Source: an uncultured bacterium (GTDB taxonomy: Bacteria > Actinomycetota > Coriobacteriia > Coriobacteriales > Coriobacteriaceae). Taken from it: a stretch of 64,000 nt of DNA. The stretch is taken from contig CAJMRD010000001.1 of NCBI GenBank assembly GCA_905215725.1, positions 8,705-72,704 of the forward strand. Reading direction: 5' to 3'. Position numbers and translations under genes: made by a program. Positions 34,598-44,128 of this stretch are shown piece after piece; within the stretch, counting starts at the first letter, position 1, and each line of letters opens with the position of its first letter. Below the pieces are notes generated by a model. The model did not search any database. It was not told the origin of the DNA and was given only the letters and a program-made list of their open reading frames with translations.

Positions 34598-34999
34598 ATG
34601 AGCTCCGCTCGCAAGACTCTCAAAATCCTTGCCCTCATCTATTTTGTTTTGGGCATTGTCAGCCTCGTCATTGGAATCACCGGCGTCGCGACCGGCAACC
34701 TCGATTCCACGTACGGGTCGAACGCCATGATCGCTGCGGTCGTACTTGTCGCCAAGGGCATTGTCGATCTTGCCGCAGGCGTTGCGGGCATCAAGGGCGC
34801 CAACAAGCCTTCGCAGGTAGACGGCGCATTTAAGCTCGGTATCGTTGCCGCGGCAGCCACACTCCTCCAGGCCGTGTTCACGCTTCCCGCGCTCGGCGGT
34901 AGCTCCGTCAATATCGTCGCCTTTGTCATCGTGGTGTACGACCTGTTCTTTGTTCAGCAGGCACACGCCGTTAAGGCCGAGAACAAGGACCGCCTGTAA
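34598..34999 (+). CDS. hypothetical membrane protein (4 predicted TM segments)
   Basis: ATG 34598. The hydrophobic segments are Gly/Ala/Val-rich. No family recognised. Confidence 0.55.
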   Translation: MSSARKTLKILALIYFVLGIVSLVIGITGVATGNLDSTYGSNAMIAAVVLVAKGIVDLAAGVAGIKGANKPSQVDGAFKLGIVAAAATLLQAVFTLPALGGSSVNIVAFVIVVYDLFFVQQAHAVKAENKDRL

Positions 35000-35040
35000 G
35001 CGCCCGCTTCTCATAACCTCTGTTGCAGCCAAGCAACTAA

Positions 35041-35076
35041 AAAGGGCCGATCGCGCATCTCCGCGGTCGGCCCTTT
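35041..35076 (+). terminator. intrinsic terminator
   Basis: AAAGGGCCGATCGCG-N6-CGCGGTCGGCCCTTT. Confidence 0.6.
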
Positions 35077-35094
35077 ACGTTTGCCCAGATAAAA

Positions 35095-35127
35095 CCTACC
35101 AAAATAAACCTGTCCCTTTTTGGCAGG
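35095..35127. repeat. 33-bp hairpin repeat, copy 2 of 2
   Basis: CCTACCAAAATAAACCTGTCCCTTTTTGGCAGG, twin of 14016-14048. Confidence 0.7.
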
Positions 35128-35130
35128 TTG

Positions 35131-35946
35131 TTAGCTGTGGCGGTACTCGGCGATGATGAAGTCGATGTCGGTTTGAAGGGTATCCAAGTTTGCCAGGCGC
35201 TCTTTATCGGCAGGGCGCGTGCGGTAGTAGTACGGCGTCATCTGGAACACCGCCTCGATGTCGGCCTGAGTCTGAAGCGTAATATTCGCAGATACCCGCT
35301 GCGTTCCGACCAACTCGAGCTCGGTGGTCTTCGGCAGCTTCTCATCGTTAAGGTACGGCGTGTCGTAGAGCACCTCTTTGAGCCCAAAGAGATGACGAGC
35401 ACCCGGTACCACGGTATAGAGTGAACCCTCTGGCGCCAGCACGCGGGCAAATTCGCGCTCGTTAAAGGGAGCGAAGAGTTCGGTCACCATATCGAAGGCG
35501 CCATCGGCCACGGGGATGTCCTTCATGTTGGCCACGAAGTAGGTCGCATCGCCGCGCTTGGCGGCAAGGCGTACCATCTCTTTGCCCAGGTCGAATCCAT
35601 AAGCGTCCACGCCCGGCACCGCGCCCATGGCGCTGGTGTAGTAGCCCTCGCCGCAGCAAATATCGAGCAGCGTCATGGGACCATTCGTAGACGCGGCGTG
35701 CCCAGGCACCTGCTTGCGCGCCAGCTCAACCATCGCATCGCGCAACGGCGCGTAGTAGCCGCGGTTCAGAAAGTCGCGACGGCTGCGTGCCTGCGACTTG
35801 GGATCGCCCATGGAGTCGCCGCTCTTGGACGAGCGCAGCAGATATAGATAGCCCTCGCGCGCACGGTCAAACCGGTGTCCGCCCGCGCACACAGCACCGC
35901 GTTCGTCATCCACCAGCGGCTCATGGCAAACGGGACACAACAACAT
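35131..35946 (-). CDS. rlmA: 23S rRNA (guanine-N1)-methyltransferase RlmA-like
   Basis: N-terminal Zn finger MLLCPVCHEPLV...CAGGHRFDRAREGYLYLL plus a class I SAM methyltransferase fold (LLDICCGEGYY). Confidence 0.8.
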   Translation of the reverse strand: MLLCPVCHEPLVDDERGAVCAGGHRFDRAREGYLYLLRSSKSGDSMGDPKSQARSRRDFLNRGYYAPLRDAMVELARKQVPGHAASTNGPMTLLDICCGEGYYTSAMGAVPGVDAYGFDLGKEMVRLAAKRGDATYFVANMKDIPVADGAFDMVTELFAPFNEREFARVLAPEGSLYTVVPGARHLFGLKEVLYDTPYLNDEKLPKTTELELVGTQRVSANITLQTQADIEAVFQMTPYYYRTRPADKERLANLDTLQTDIDFIIAEYRHS

Positions 35947-36002
35947 GGCAACTCCTTAGCGCGGACTACACAACGCCCACCATTGTCGCACGCCTTCCCC
36001 AC

Positions 36003-36062
36003 CTAGTCATTGGAGACGTTCTTGAATGACTAGTCGTTTTAGAACGTCCCCAATGACTAGTC
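36003..36062. repeat. GACTAGTC-based nested palindromic repeat, copy B1
   Basis: CTAGTCATTGGAGACGTTCTTGAAT|GACTAGTCGTTTTAGAACGTCCCCAAT|GACTAGTC, in the rlmA/MATE divergent region. Confidence 0.75.
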
Positions 36063-36124
36063 AATTAGGAGTATCATCGTCTGCGCAAATAAGCACAAAA
36101 TAGCATGCTAGAGATTGAGAGCGT

Positions 36125-37507
36125 ATGGCTGACACCGCATCTAAGCACATTGACATGACCACCGGATCGCTGTGGCGCAATATTCCCCTGTTCGCCTTCC
36201 CCGTGGCCGCCACGAGCATCTTGGAGCAGCTGTCGAACCTCATCGCCACGGTCATCATCGGTAACTTCTCGGGCGACCAGGGAACCCTCGCCATGGCGGC
36301 GGTCGGCTCCAATGTTCCGCTTACCAGCCTTATGCTCAACCTGTTTATTGGCATATCGCTTGGCTCCAACGTGGTCATCGCCAACGCTATCGGCCGCAAC
36401 GATCAGAACATGGTCAAACGCGCCGTCCATACCTCGATTTTAATGGCGCTCGTGGGCTTTGTCGTCATCGCCCTGGGCGAGATCTTTGCCGAGCCCATGC
36501 TCGCCGCGCTCAACGTTCCCGCCGAGACCATGCCGCTCGCCTCACTCTATCTACGCGTCTTTTTGCTGAGCATGCCCTCGATCTTGCTCTACAACTTTGA
36601 GGCCGCGATCTTCCGCTCCGTCGGCATCACCCGCATGCCGCTGCAGGCGCTTGCCGTGTCCACCGTCCTCAACATTGGCCTGGACCTCATCTTTGTCCCT
36701 GTACTCCACTGGGGCGTCGCGGGCGTCGCCATCGCCACCGCCATCGCTTACACCGTCAGCGCCGCTACGCTCTTTATCCGCCTACTCAAGACCGACTCCG
36801 TCGTCCGCGTCACCCCACGCGACCTGGCTATCGACCCCGTCGCCCTCAAGCGCATCGTCAAGATTGGCCTGCCCGCCGGCATCCAAAGCGCTGTCTTTGC
36901 CGTCGCCAACATCATCATCCAGTCTGCCATCAACAGCCTTGGCACCGAAGTCATGGCCGCATCGAGCGCCGCCATGAGTCTGGAGTACGTGTGCTACAAC
37001 CTGCTCAACAGCTTTAGCCAGGCGTGCACCACCTTTGTGGGACAAAACCACGGTGCCCGCCAGATCGATCGCTGCACCAAAACGCTTAAGGTCTGCCTGG
37101 TCGAAGGCGGTATCGTTGCACTCACCACGATCATCGTTATTGTCGGCCTGGGACGCGAGATCTTGTCGCTGTTCAACAGCGACCCCAACATCGTCTCGAT
37201 CGGCTATATCCGCGTATGTTCGATCTTCCCGGCGTACGCCTTTAGCATGTTCTACGAAAACATGTCGGGCTACCTGCGCGGCTTTGGTATCTCGCTCACG
37301 CCCGCCCTCATCACCATGATCTGCGTCTGCGGCATCCGCTTCTATTGGGTTTTCTGCGTGTTCCCGCACTTCCGCACCTTTGCGAACATCATGATGGTCT
37401 ACCCCATCAGCCTGGGCACCACGGCGTTCTTTATGGTCGTGGCGGTACTACTTTGCCACCCGGCACGCACCTATCGCGCCACCCAAGCCAAAGCGACAGC
37501 CCGCTAA
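36125..37507 (+). CDS. MATE-family efflux transporter
   Basis: 460 aa, 12 TM, with the typical N-terminus (DMTTGSLWRNIPLFAFPVAATSILEQLSN). Confidence 0.85.
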   Translation: MADTASKHIDMTTGSLWRNIPLFAFPVAATSILEQLSNLIATVIIGNFSGDQGTLAMAAVGSNVPLTSLMLNLFIGISLGSNVVIANAIGRNDQNMVKRAVHTSILMALVGFVVIALGEIFAEPMLAALNVPAETMPLASLYLRVFLLSMPSILLYNFEAAIFRSVGITRMPLQALAVSTVLNIGLDLIFVPVLHWGVAGVAIATAIAYTVSAATLFIRLLKTDSVVRVTPRDLAIDPVALKRIVKIGLPAGIQSAVFAVANIIIQSAINSLGTEVMAASSAAMSLEYVCYNLLNSFSQACTTFVGQNHGARQIDRCTKTLKVCLVEGGIVALTTIIVIVGLGREILSLFNSDPNIVSIGYIRVCSIFPAYAFSMFYENMSGYLRGFGISLTPALITMICVCGIRFYWVFCVFPHFRTFANIMMVYPISLGTTAFFMVVAVLLCHPARTYRATQAKATAR

Positions 37508-37534
37508 ACACCGCACTCAACGCCACGCCAGTCA

Positions 37535-38401
37535 TTAATTGACAATATGCGAGCTCATATAGTCGATAAAGCGCCTCGTGGCGATGGGCATGGTGTCCCA
37601 GCTGCGCCAGGCGGCCACCACGTCGCGCGAGGGGGCATGCACGATGGGCCGCACACGAATATCGGCTCGCATGCCCTCCACAGTACGACGGTAGAGCATA
37701 CTCACGCCCAGGCCCTCCTCCACCATCGCCATAATGGTGTAGTCGTCGGTGACCTCGCTCGTCACGTGCGGCGACAGCCCATGCGCCGCGAATGCATCGA
37801 GCACCAGGCTCTGTTCGCCCTCATCCAGCAGCACAAACGGCTCGGACGCCAGGTCGGCGAGCGTCACCTTTTCCTTTGCCGCCAGCGGATGCGCGGCCGG
37901 CAACAATGCCACCAACTCGTCGTGATAGACCACGCGCTTCTCGAGCCCAGCGGTAAATCCGCGCGCCGTAAAGCAAAAGTCAACCACGCCATCGTGCACC
38001 CACTGGGCGTTGCGCGTGTAATCGCCCTGCTTGAGGGTAAAGTGCACGCCCGGATGTAGGGCCCCAAAGTCGCGGATCACACGCGGCAGCACGGTACGAC
38101 TCACGTTGGTAAACGTCGCGATGCGAATATCGGTCGACGAAAGCCCCAGCAGCTCCTGGCGCTTGCCCTCGAGCTCGGCCTCGGCGGTCACAATCTGGCG
38201 CAGGTACGGCAGATATTGTTTACCGTCGCGCGTAAGCGACACGCCCTGCTTTCCGCGCTCGATAAGCGTGGTGCCCAGCTCGCGCTCGAGCGCCTTGACA
38301 GCCTGGCTCACCGCACTTTGCGTATAGCCCAGCTCGTCCGCCGCACGTTTCAGGCTGCCGCAATCGACCACCATACAAACAATCTGATACCGCGATGCCA
38401 T
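37535..38401 (-). CDS. LysR-family transcriptional regulator
   Basis: YQIVCMVVDCGSLKRAADELGYTQSAVSQAVKALE HTH. Divergent from an EamA transporter. Confidence 0.85.
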   Translation of the reverse strand: MASRYQIVCMVVDCGSLKRAADELGYTQSAVSQAVKALERELGTTLIERGKQGVSLTRDGKQYLPYLRQIVTAEAELEGKRQELLGLSSTDIRIATFTNVSRTVLPRVIRDFGALHPGVHFTLKQGDYTRNAQWVHDGVVDFCFTARGFTAGLEKRVVYHDELVALLPAAHPLAAKEKVTLADLASEPFVLLDEGEQSLVLDAFAAHGLSPHVTSEVTDDYTIMAMVEEGLGVSMLYRRTVEGMRADIRVRPIVHAPSRDVVAAWRSWDTMPIATRRFIDYMSSHIVN

Positions 38402-38559
38402 CGTGCCTCCACATCAATGCAGCCGTAAAACGTTTTGCCAGGGCTTTTCGCGCCTACTTTAGCGTTTCTTAATCATACTGAAGATACATTCGCTTTACTA
38501 CATCCACATCTGGGAGCAGAATCCTTTGTACGAAACCGTTCTGTAACAAAAGGAGTCCC

Positions 38560-39462
38560 ATGGATCGCAAAAAAGCAATCGCGCTCTCATTTTCCGTTCC
38601 CGTCGCATGGGGCTTTTCGTATCCCCTCATGAAGATCGGTATGGACAGCATGAACGCCACGAGCATCGTCGCGCTACGCTGCATCATCGCCTTTGTGGTC
38701 TGCCTGCTGCTCTTCCACAAGCACGCGTTGCGCATCAACCGCGACCTTATGGTCCGTGCCGCCATCATCGGCGCCATTATGGCAACCGAGCTCACCTGCA
38801 TGTGCCTGGGCTCCAGCCTCACCTCCGCCTCCACCGCCGGCTTTTTGCAGAGCCTGACGGTCGTGATCGTGCCGTTTGCCAACGCCGCCCTGCTGCGTCG
38901 CGCCCCCGAGCGCAAAGTGCTCGTCGGCACCGCCATCGTCACCTGCGGTATGTTGTTGCTCTCGGGCGCCGACTTTACCAGCCTGAATCCCGGCGCAATC
39001 ATCATGCTGCTCTCGGCCTTTATCTATGCCAGCCACATTATCGTGGCCAAGCGCTTTGTCGAAGAAGTCGACCCGCTGTCCCTGGGCGTTTGGCAGCTGG
39101 GCTTTGGCGGCCTGTTCTCGGGCATCGCCGCATTCACCTTTGGCGGCTTCACGCTTCCCAGCACGCCCAGCGAGATCGTGGTCGTCGTCGCGCTCGCGCT
39201 CATCTGCTCTGCTTACGGCTTTATCACCCAGACGCTCGTGCAGCCCCACGTGCCCGCCGAGACCACTGGCTTCGCCTTCTCGCTCGAGCCGGTCTGCTCC
39301 GCCGTCTTTTCGTTCTTCCTGGTCGGCGAGGTCCTGAGCCCCATCGCCTTCTTTGGCGCCGCCCTCATCCTCACCGGCGTCATGGTAGCAACCGTCGAGC
39401 TTCCGCGCCTTCGCGCACATGGACAGGCTCGCATGGCGGGAGCACCCGAGCACGTCTCGTAG
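38560..39462 (+). CDS. DMT-superfamily (EamA-like) transporter
   Basis: 300 aa, 10 TM. AAAGGAG RBS. Confidence 0.8.
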   Translation: MDRKKAIALSFSVPVAWGFSYPLMKIGMDSMNATSIVALRCIIAFVVCLLLFHKHALRINRDLMVRAAIIGAIMATELTCMCLGSSLTSASTAGFLQSLTVVIVPFANAALLRRAPERKVLVGTAIVTCGMLLLSGADFTSLNPGAIIMLLSAFIYASHIIVAKRFVEEVDPLSLGVWQLGFGGLFSGIAAFTFGGFTLPSTPSEIVVVVALALICSAYGFITQTLVQPHVPAETTGFAFSLEPVCSAVFSFFLVGEVLSPIAFFGAALILTGVMVATVELPRLRAHGQARMAGAPEHVS

Positions 39463-39550
39463 ACCCCGCTCTTCATACAGCCGTGGCATAAAGGCAACCG
39501 GTGCGCCTTTACAATAGATGCCAACAAAGCATCTGACGTAAAGGAGCCCC

Positions 39551-40276
39551 ATGGACGCCGCGACCCGCGACCGCAACATAGCAACTTGGTTGGGCGATGC
39601 GCCGCAGCCGGTACGTGACACTACGAACCAGCTGCTCGAGCGCATCGCCCTTTTGCGTGCCGAGCAGACCATCTACCCGGCACAAGACGACATCCTCAAT
39701 GCCCTCGCCTACACGCCGGCCGACCAGGTCAAAGTTGTCATCTTGGGTCAAGACCCCTATCACGGACCCAACCAGGCCATGGGACTGTCGTTCTCGGTCC
39801 CCGCGACGCAAACCAAGCTGCCGCCAAGCCTGCGCAACATCTATAAGGAGCTCAAAGCCGATCTGGGCTGCCCCATTCCCGCCACGGGAGACCTAACCCC
39901 ATGGGCACAGCAGGGCGTCTTGCTCCTCAACACTACGCTCACCGTGCGCGAGCATGCCGCCAACTCGCACGCCAGACTGGGCTGGAGCACCCTGACCGAC
40001 TACGTTATCGAACGCTGCTGCCAGCTGCCCCAGCCGGTAGTCTTTTTGGCATGGGGCCGCTTTGCCCAGCAGATGGTCGAGGGCAAGCTCGCCGCAACTG
40101 GTGCGGGCAAGGCAACCGGTAAGTTCTGCCTGGCCTCTACGCACCCCTCGCCGCTTTCGGCCAACCGTGCCACGGCAGAACTCCCCGCCTTTATGGGGTC
40201 GCGCCCCTTCTCCGCTGCCAATCGGCTACTCGAACAGCACGGCTCGACCCCCGTCAACTGGACTTGTCTCGGCTAA
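39551..40276 (+). CDS. ung: uracil-DNA glycosylase (family 1)
   Basis: VVILGQDPYHGPNQAMGLSFSV water-activating loop and HPSPLSA motif. Confidence 0.9.
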   Translation: MDAATRDRNIATWLGDAPQPVRDTTNQLLERIALLRAEQTIYPAQDDILNALAYTPADQVKVVILGQDPYHGPNQAMGLSFSVPATQTKLPPSLRNIYKELKADLGCPIPATGDLTPWAQQGVLLLNTTLTVREHAANSHARLGWSTLTDYVIERCCQLPQPVVFLAWGRFAQQMVEGKLAATGAGKATGKFCLASTHPSPLSANRATAELPAFMGSRPFSAANRLLEQHGSTPVNWTCLG

Positions 40277-40291
40277 CAATCGATACATCAA

Positions 40292-40324
40292 AAACGCGCC
40301 CGACGGCTTTCCATCGGGCGCGTT
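40292..40324. terminator. bidirectional terminator hairpin
   Basis: AAACGCGCCCGA-N9-TCGGGCGCGTTT between convergent ung and the SDR gene. Confidence 0.65.
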
Positions 40325-40326
40325 TC

Positions 40327-41007
40327 CTATTCGGGCCAAATAAATTGCGTGCGGCCGGCCTCGCCGCCATCGATCAACAGGCTCTGCCCGGTCATAAACC
40401 GGTTGGTCACGCCCACAAAGTAGATCCACTCGGCGATCTCTTGGGCGGTGGCCCAGCGTTTAAGCGGCGTGAGCTCCATAATCTGGTTCCACAGGTGCTC
40501 GTCTTCCATCACGCAACGGTTGAGCGGCGTGATAACGCCACCCGGGTCCACACTGTTGGCGATGGCCTGCGGCGCTAGACGGTTTGCAAGGTTCTTGGTG
40601 TAGGCGATAACACCGCCCTTGCTGGCGGCATAGGCGGGAAACTCCGATCCCGTATGCCCACTCGCCGACCCCACATTGACCACGGATTTGATAGTCGGCG
40701 CCGGCTTGGCGGCAAGCCCCTCCCCCACAAAGGCATAGCGCTCGGTCACGTTGATGGTGCCACACAGGTTGGCGGCGATGTCGTCGGCCGAATCCTGCGT
40801 ACCGGCAACGTTCACGATTACCTGAGGCTCAAGGTCGCCCGGAAACGAGTCCGGCTCGCGGACATCAACGATCAGATGGCGGTAGCGCTCGTGTTCGATC
40901 GCCGCCGGCAAAAGATCAAAGCCCACGACCTCGTGACCTTCATCCAAAAAGCGCTGCACACACGCGGCTCCGATACCGCCCGAAGCGCCCGTGATCAAAA
41001 CCCGCAT
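40327..41007 (-). CDS. short-chain dehydrogenase/reductase (SDR)
   Basis: MRVLITGASGGIGAA Rossmann motif and YAASKGG catalytic YxxxK. Confidence 0.85.
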   Translation of the reverse strand: MRVLITGASGGIGAACVQRFLDEGHEVVGFDLLPAAIEHERYRHLIVDVREPDSFPGDLEPQVIVNVAGTQDSADDIAANLCGTINVTERYAFVGEGLAAKPAPTIKSVVNVGSASGHTGSEFPAYAASKGGVIAYTKNLANRLAPQAIANSVDPGGVITPLNRCVMEDEHLWNQIMELTPLKRWATAQEIAEWIYFVGVTNRFMTGQSLLIDGGEAGRTQFIWPE

Positions 41008-41016
41008 ACTTGCTCC

Positions 41017-41739
41017 TTAGGCGGTTGCGTGGCGCTCGAGGTACTCGGAGCCCACATTCTCGCGCTCCCAGCCGCGCACGACCTTGTAGCCCACGGGGCT
41101 CAGGAAGACCTCGCACAGCAGCTCGGCGACAGCGCCGGTCAGCGAGCACATAAGGACCTGCACCCAGGTCCAACCAAAGAATGTGTGGCTCACCACAATG
41201 GCAAAGACCAGGTTGTCGATAAACTGGCCAACGCCCGTGGACACATAGGAACGGAAGGCAAAGCTCGCAAAGTTATTCTTTTTGAGCATACGGCCAAGCG
41301 ACTGGTTGAGCGTGGAGTTAACCACGGCAGAGACGAGCATGGCAAGCGAAGAGCCCAGCACCACGTACCAGGTGCCGCCGATGGTGGCGTTAAGGGCGGT
41401 ATTGACCTCGATCATGCCCGTGTCGTAGTAGGCGCCCCACATGCCGGGCGTGAGCGAGCATGCCCAAAAGCACAGGCTCACGGCCAGGTTGACCAGCAGC
41501 GCGAGGATAGAGATTTTGATGGATGCCTTGGCGCCAAAGCGCTTGCAGATCATGTCCTGGCACAAAAACGAGACCCAGCTCACCACAAAGCCGCAATCGA
41601 GTGCCAGATACGGCAGGCTGATGAGCTCCTTGTTGGCCAGCAGGTTCATCATGATGACGCTCACGAAAAACAGCGAAACCGTTGCCGCGGGAATGCTCCG
41701 CAACAGGACCTTATAGTCCTCCATGACCTTCTTGATCAT
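41017..41739 (-). CDS. VUT-family / YhhQ-like queuosine-precursor transporter
   Basis: 240-aa membrane protein. The FVSWVSFLCQDMICKRFG and LVFAIVVSHTFFGW patterns recall the DUF165/YhhQ family. Confidence 0.65.
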   Translation of the reverse strand: MIKKVMEDYKVLLRSIPAATVSLFFVSVIMMNLLANKELISLPYLALDCGFVVSWVSFLCQDMICKRFGAKASIKISILALLVNLAVSLCFWACSLTPGMWGAYYDTGMIEVNTALNATIGGTWYVVLGSSLAMLVSAVVNSTLNQSLGRMLKKNNFASFAFRSYVSTGVGQFIDNLVFAIVVSHTFFGWTWVQVLMCSLTGAVAELLCEVFLSPVGYKVVRGWERENVGSEYLERHATA

Positions 41740-41745
41740 TATGTA

Positions 41746-41794
41746 CTCCTTTGGTTTTAGGTTTAACGAGCAGGATATCGGACCCGAACTGCTC
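41746..41794 (-). promoter_or_regulatory. candidate preQ1-I-like riboswitch overlapping the RBS of the YhhQ-like gene
   Basis: Minus strand reads GAGCAG-UUCGGGUCCGAUAUC-CUGCUC-GUUAAACCUAAAACCAAAGGAG, i.e. a short hairpin plus an A-rich tail ending in the SD. It resembles the Tte/Bsu preQ1-I layout, but the loop and tail are longer. Confidence 0.3.
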
Positions 41795-41895
41795 GGACGT
41801 CTCGGTCTTGAGACGACGGTGGGTATGATAGCCGCTCACACGGCATCAGGCAAGCAAACGGCGCGGCAGCCCCGCAGGGCCACCGCGTCGATGCG

Positions 41896-43509
41896 TTAAA
41901 AGGCCACGTTGCCAAACTCCGACAGGATAAGGTCGGGGTTGTGGTCGGTTGCCCAATCAACGTTCCACGGGCTCGTGAACAGCAGCAGCTTGCCGCCGCG
42001 CATGTCCTCGACGCGCAGCGTGTCGCGCGTGAGCGAAAGGCCCGGGACATCGATGGTGTCGGGGTCGTTCTGGATCCAGCGGATGTCCGTATAGGGCAGC
42101 GGCTGGCGACGAACCTCAACACGGTACTCGGCCTTGAGGCGGCGCTCGAGCACCTCAAACTGCAGCACGCCAACCACGCCCACGATGACGCTCTCCATGC
42201 CGGCACCCAGCTCGCGGAAGATCTGGATGGCACCCTCCTGGGCAAGCTCCTCCATACCCTTGACGAACTGCTTGCGCTTGAGCGTATCGACCTGCGTAAT
42301 GCGAGCGAACATCTCGGGGGCAAACGTCGGGATCTGCGGATACTGCACGTGACGCTTGCCGGAGCACACGGTGTCACCGATGCTAAAGATACCCGGGTCG
42401 AACAGGCCCACGATATCGCCCGCGTACGCCTCGTCAACAATCGCGCGGTCATCGGCCATCATCGACGTGCCCGTGGCAAGCTTGAGTTTGCGGTTGCCCT
42501 GCACGTGGAAGGCATCCATGCCGCGCTCGAACTTGCCCGAGCAAATACGCACAAAGGCGATGCGGTCGCGGTGGTTCTTGTCCATGTTGGCCTGGATCTT
42601 AAACACAAAGCCGCTAAAGTCGTCGCGGCAGGGATCGACCGGCTCGCCGGTGAGCGTATCGGTATAGGCGCGCGGCGTCGGGGCCAGACGCAGGAACTCC
42701 TTGAGGAAGGGCTCCACGCCAAAGTTGGTAAGCGCCGAGCCAAAGAACGCCGGACTCAGCTTGCCGCAGGCCACGGCATCCAAATCGAGCTCGTCGCCGG
42801 CACCATCGAGCAGCTCGATGTCGTCCATCAGGTTCTTATGGTTCTCCTCGCCGATGAGCTCGTCCATGGAAGGATCGCCCAGCTCGGCCTCGACCTCGGC
42901 GACCTTCTTGGTGGCGTTGGCGTGGCCGTCGCCCTCAAAGGCAATGACGCGACGGGTCTGACGGTCGAACACGCCGCGGAAATTGCGGCCGCTGCCGATC
43001 GGCCAATTCATAGGATACGTATTGATGCCCAGGACATTCTCGATCTCTTCCATGAGCTCAAACGGATCGCGAGCCTCGTGGTCGAGCTTGTTCACAAAGG
43101 TGAAAATGGGAATGTGGCGCAGCGTACAGACCTTAAAGAGCTTTTTGGTCTGGGCCTCGACGCCCTTGGCGCCGTCGATGACCATGACAGCGGCGTCGGC
43201 GGCCATAAGGGTACGGTAGGTATCCTCCGAAAAGTCCTGGTGTCCGGGGGTATCGAGAATGTTGACGCAGGCGCCGTCGTAGGTGAACTGCAGCACCGAG
43301 GAGGTAACGGAGATACCGCGCTCCTTCTCGATGTCCATCCAGTCCGAGACGGCATGCTTGGCCGAGCTCTTGCCCTTGACCGAGCCAGCAGTCTGAATGC
43401 TGCCGGTATAGAGCAGCAGCTTCTCGGTAAGTGTGGTCTTACCGGCGTCCGGGTGGCTGATGATCGCGAATGTGCGGCGCGACGAGATTTCATCCGACAG
43501 GCTTGCCAT
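41896..43509 (-). CDS. prfC: peptide chain release factor 3
   Basis: Start at ATG 43509. RRTFAIISHPDAGKTTLTEKLLLYTG...DTPGHQDF...NKLD, about 537 aa. Confidence 0.9.
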   Translation of the reverse strand: MASLSDEISSRRTFAIISHPDAGKTTLTEKLLLYTGSIQTAGSVKGKSSAKHAVSDWMDIEKERGISVTSSVLQFTYDGACVNILDTPGHQDFSEDTYRTLMAADAAVMVIDGAKGVEAQTKKLFKVCTLRHIPIFTFVNKLDHEARDPFELMEEIENVLGINTYPMNWPIGSGRNFRGVFDRQTRRVIAFEGDGHANATKKVAEVEAELGDPSMDELIGEENHKNLMDDIELLDGAGDELDLDAVACGKLSPAFFGSALTNFGVEPFLKEFLRLAPTPRAYTDTLTGEPVDPCRDDFSGFVFKIQANMDKNHRDRIAFVRICSGKFERGMDAFHVQGNRKLKLATGTSMMADDRAIVDEAYAGDIVGLFDPGIFSIGDTVCSGKRHVQYPQIPTFAPEMFARITQVDTLKRKQFVKGMEELAQEGAIQIFRELGAGMESVIVGVVGVLQFEVLERRLKAEYRVEVRRQPLPYTDIRWIQNDPDTIDVPGLSLTRDTLRVEDMRGGKLLLFTSPWNVDWATDHNPDLILSEFGNVAF

Positions 43510-43663
43510 GCGGATCCTTTCTTGCATTGAGTGCATTACGTCGTTGTAACCGTATTATTGTAGCCGCGAAATCCCGCTCTAGGGCACCTATCAGGACAAA
43601 TTCATCAGTTGGGGCCTGGATAGCCGGCCCAATCTGAATTTGTCTCTTGCGCAACTGTGCATA

Positions 43664-43697
43664 GTGTATATATACTGTGCTTACCGGTTATATACAC
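43664..43697. promoter_or_regulatory. inverted repeat GTGTATATA-N16-TATATACAC upstream of the GntR/ABC operon (operator candidate)
   Basis: Read directly; 28-60 nt upstream of the GntR start. Confidence 0.35.
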
Positions 43698-43724
43698 GTG
43701 TAGCCCAACAGCTAAGGAGCCGCT

Positions 43725-44105
43725 GTGGACATCATCCTATCCAATTCGAGCGATAAGCCCATCTACGAACAGATATCTTCGCAGGTCAAAGCTCAGATCC
43801 TTTCGGGCACACTCACTGCGGGAGCCAAACTCCCCAGCATCCGTGCACTCGCGAGCGATCTTGGCGTGAGCGTCATCACCACCAAGCGCGCCTACGCCGA
43901 CCTGGAGCAGCTCGGGTTTATCTGCACCGTGCAGGGCAAGGGCTGCTTTGTCGCCGAGGGCAACCAAGAACTCTTGCGTGAAAACCAGCTCTTCCATATC
44001 GAAGAGTTACTTGCGAAAGCGGCAAGCCAAGCCGAAACCCTGGGCGTCACGCGCGACAAACTGCACGAGATGCTCGACCTGGTAGCCCCCGAAACCATGC
44101 AGTAG
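43725..44105 (+). CDS. GntR-family (YtrA-subfamily) transcriptional regulator
   Basis: GTG after AAGGAG. PIYEQISSQVKAQILSGTLTAGAKLPSIRALASDLGVSVITTKRAYADLE. It has a short C-terminus, as in YtrA types. Confidence 0.85.
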   Translation: MDIILSNSSDKPIYEQISSQVKAQILSGTLTAGAKLPSIRALASDLGVSVITTKRAYADLEQLGFICTVQGKGCFVAEGNQELLRENQLFHIEELLAKAASQAETLGVTRDKLHEMLDLVAPETMQ

Positions 44106-44128
44106 CCATCTGCAAGAAAGGCTATGCC

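Noticed and set aside
41763-42452. 229-aa Ser/Arg/Ala-rich ORF on the minus strand.
   Set aside because: It lies in an alternative frame of the prfC coding region and is low-complexity. The prfC frame has unmistakable GTPase motifs.
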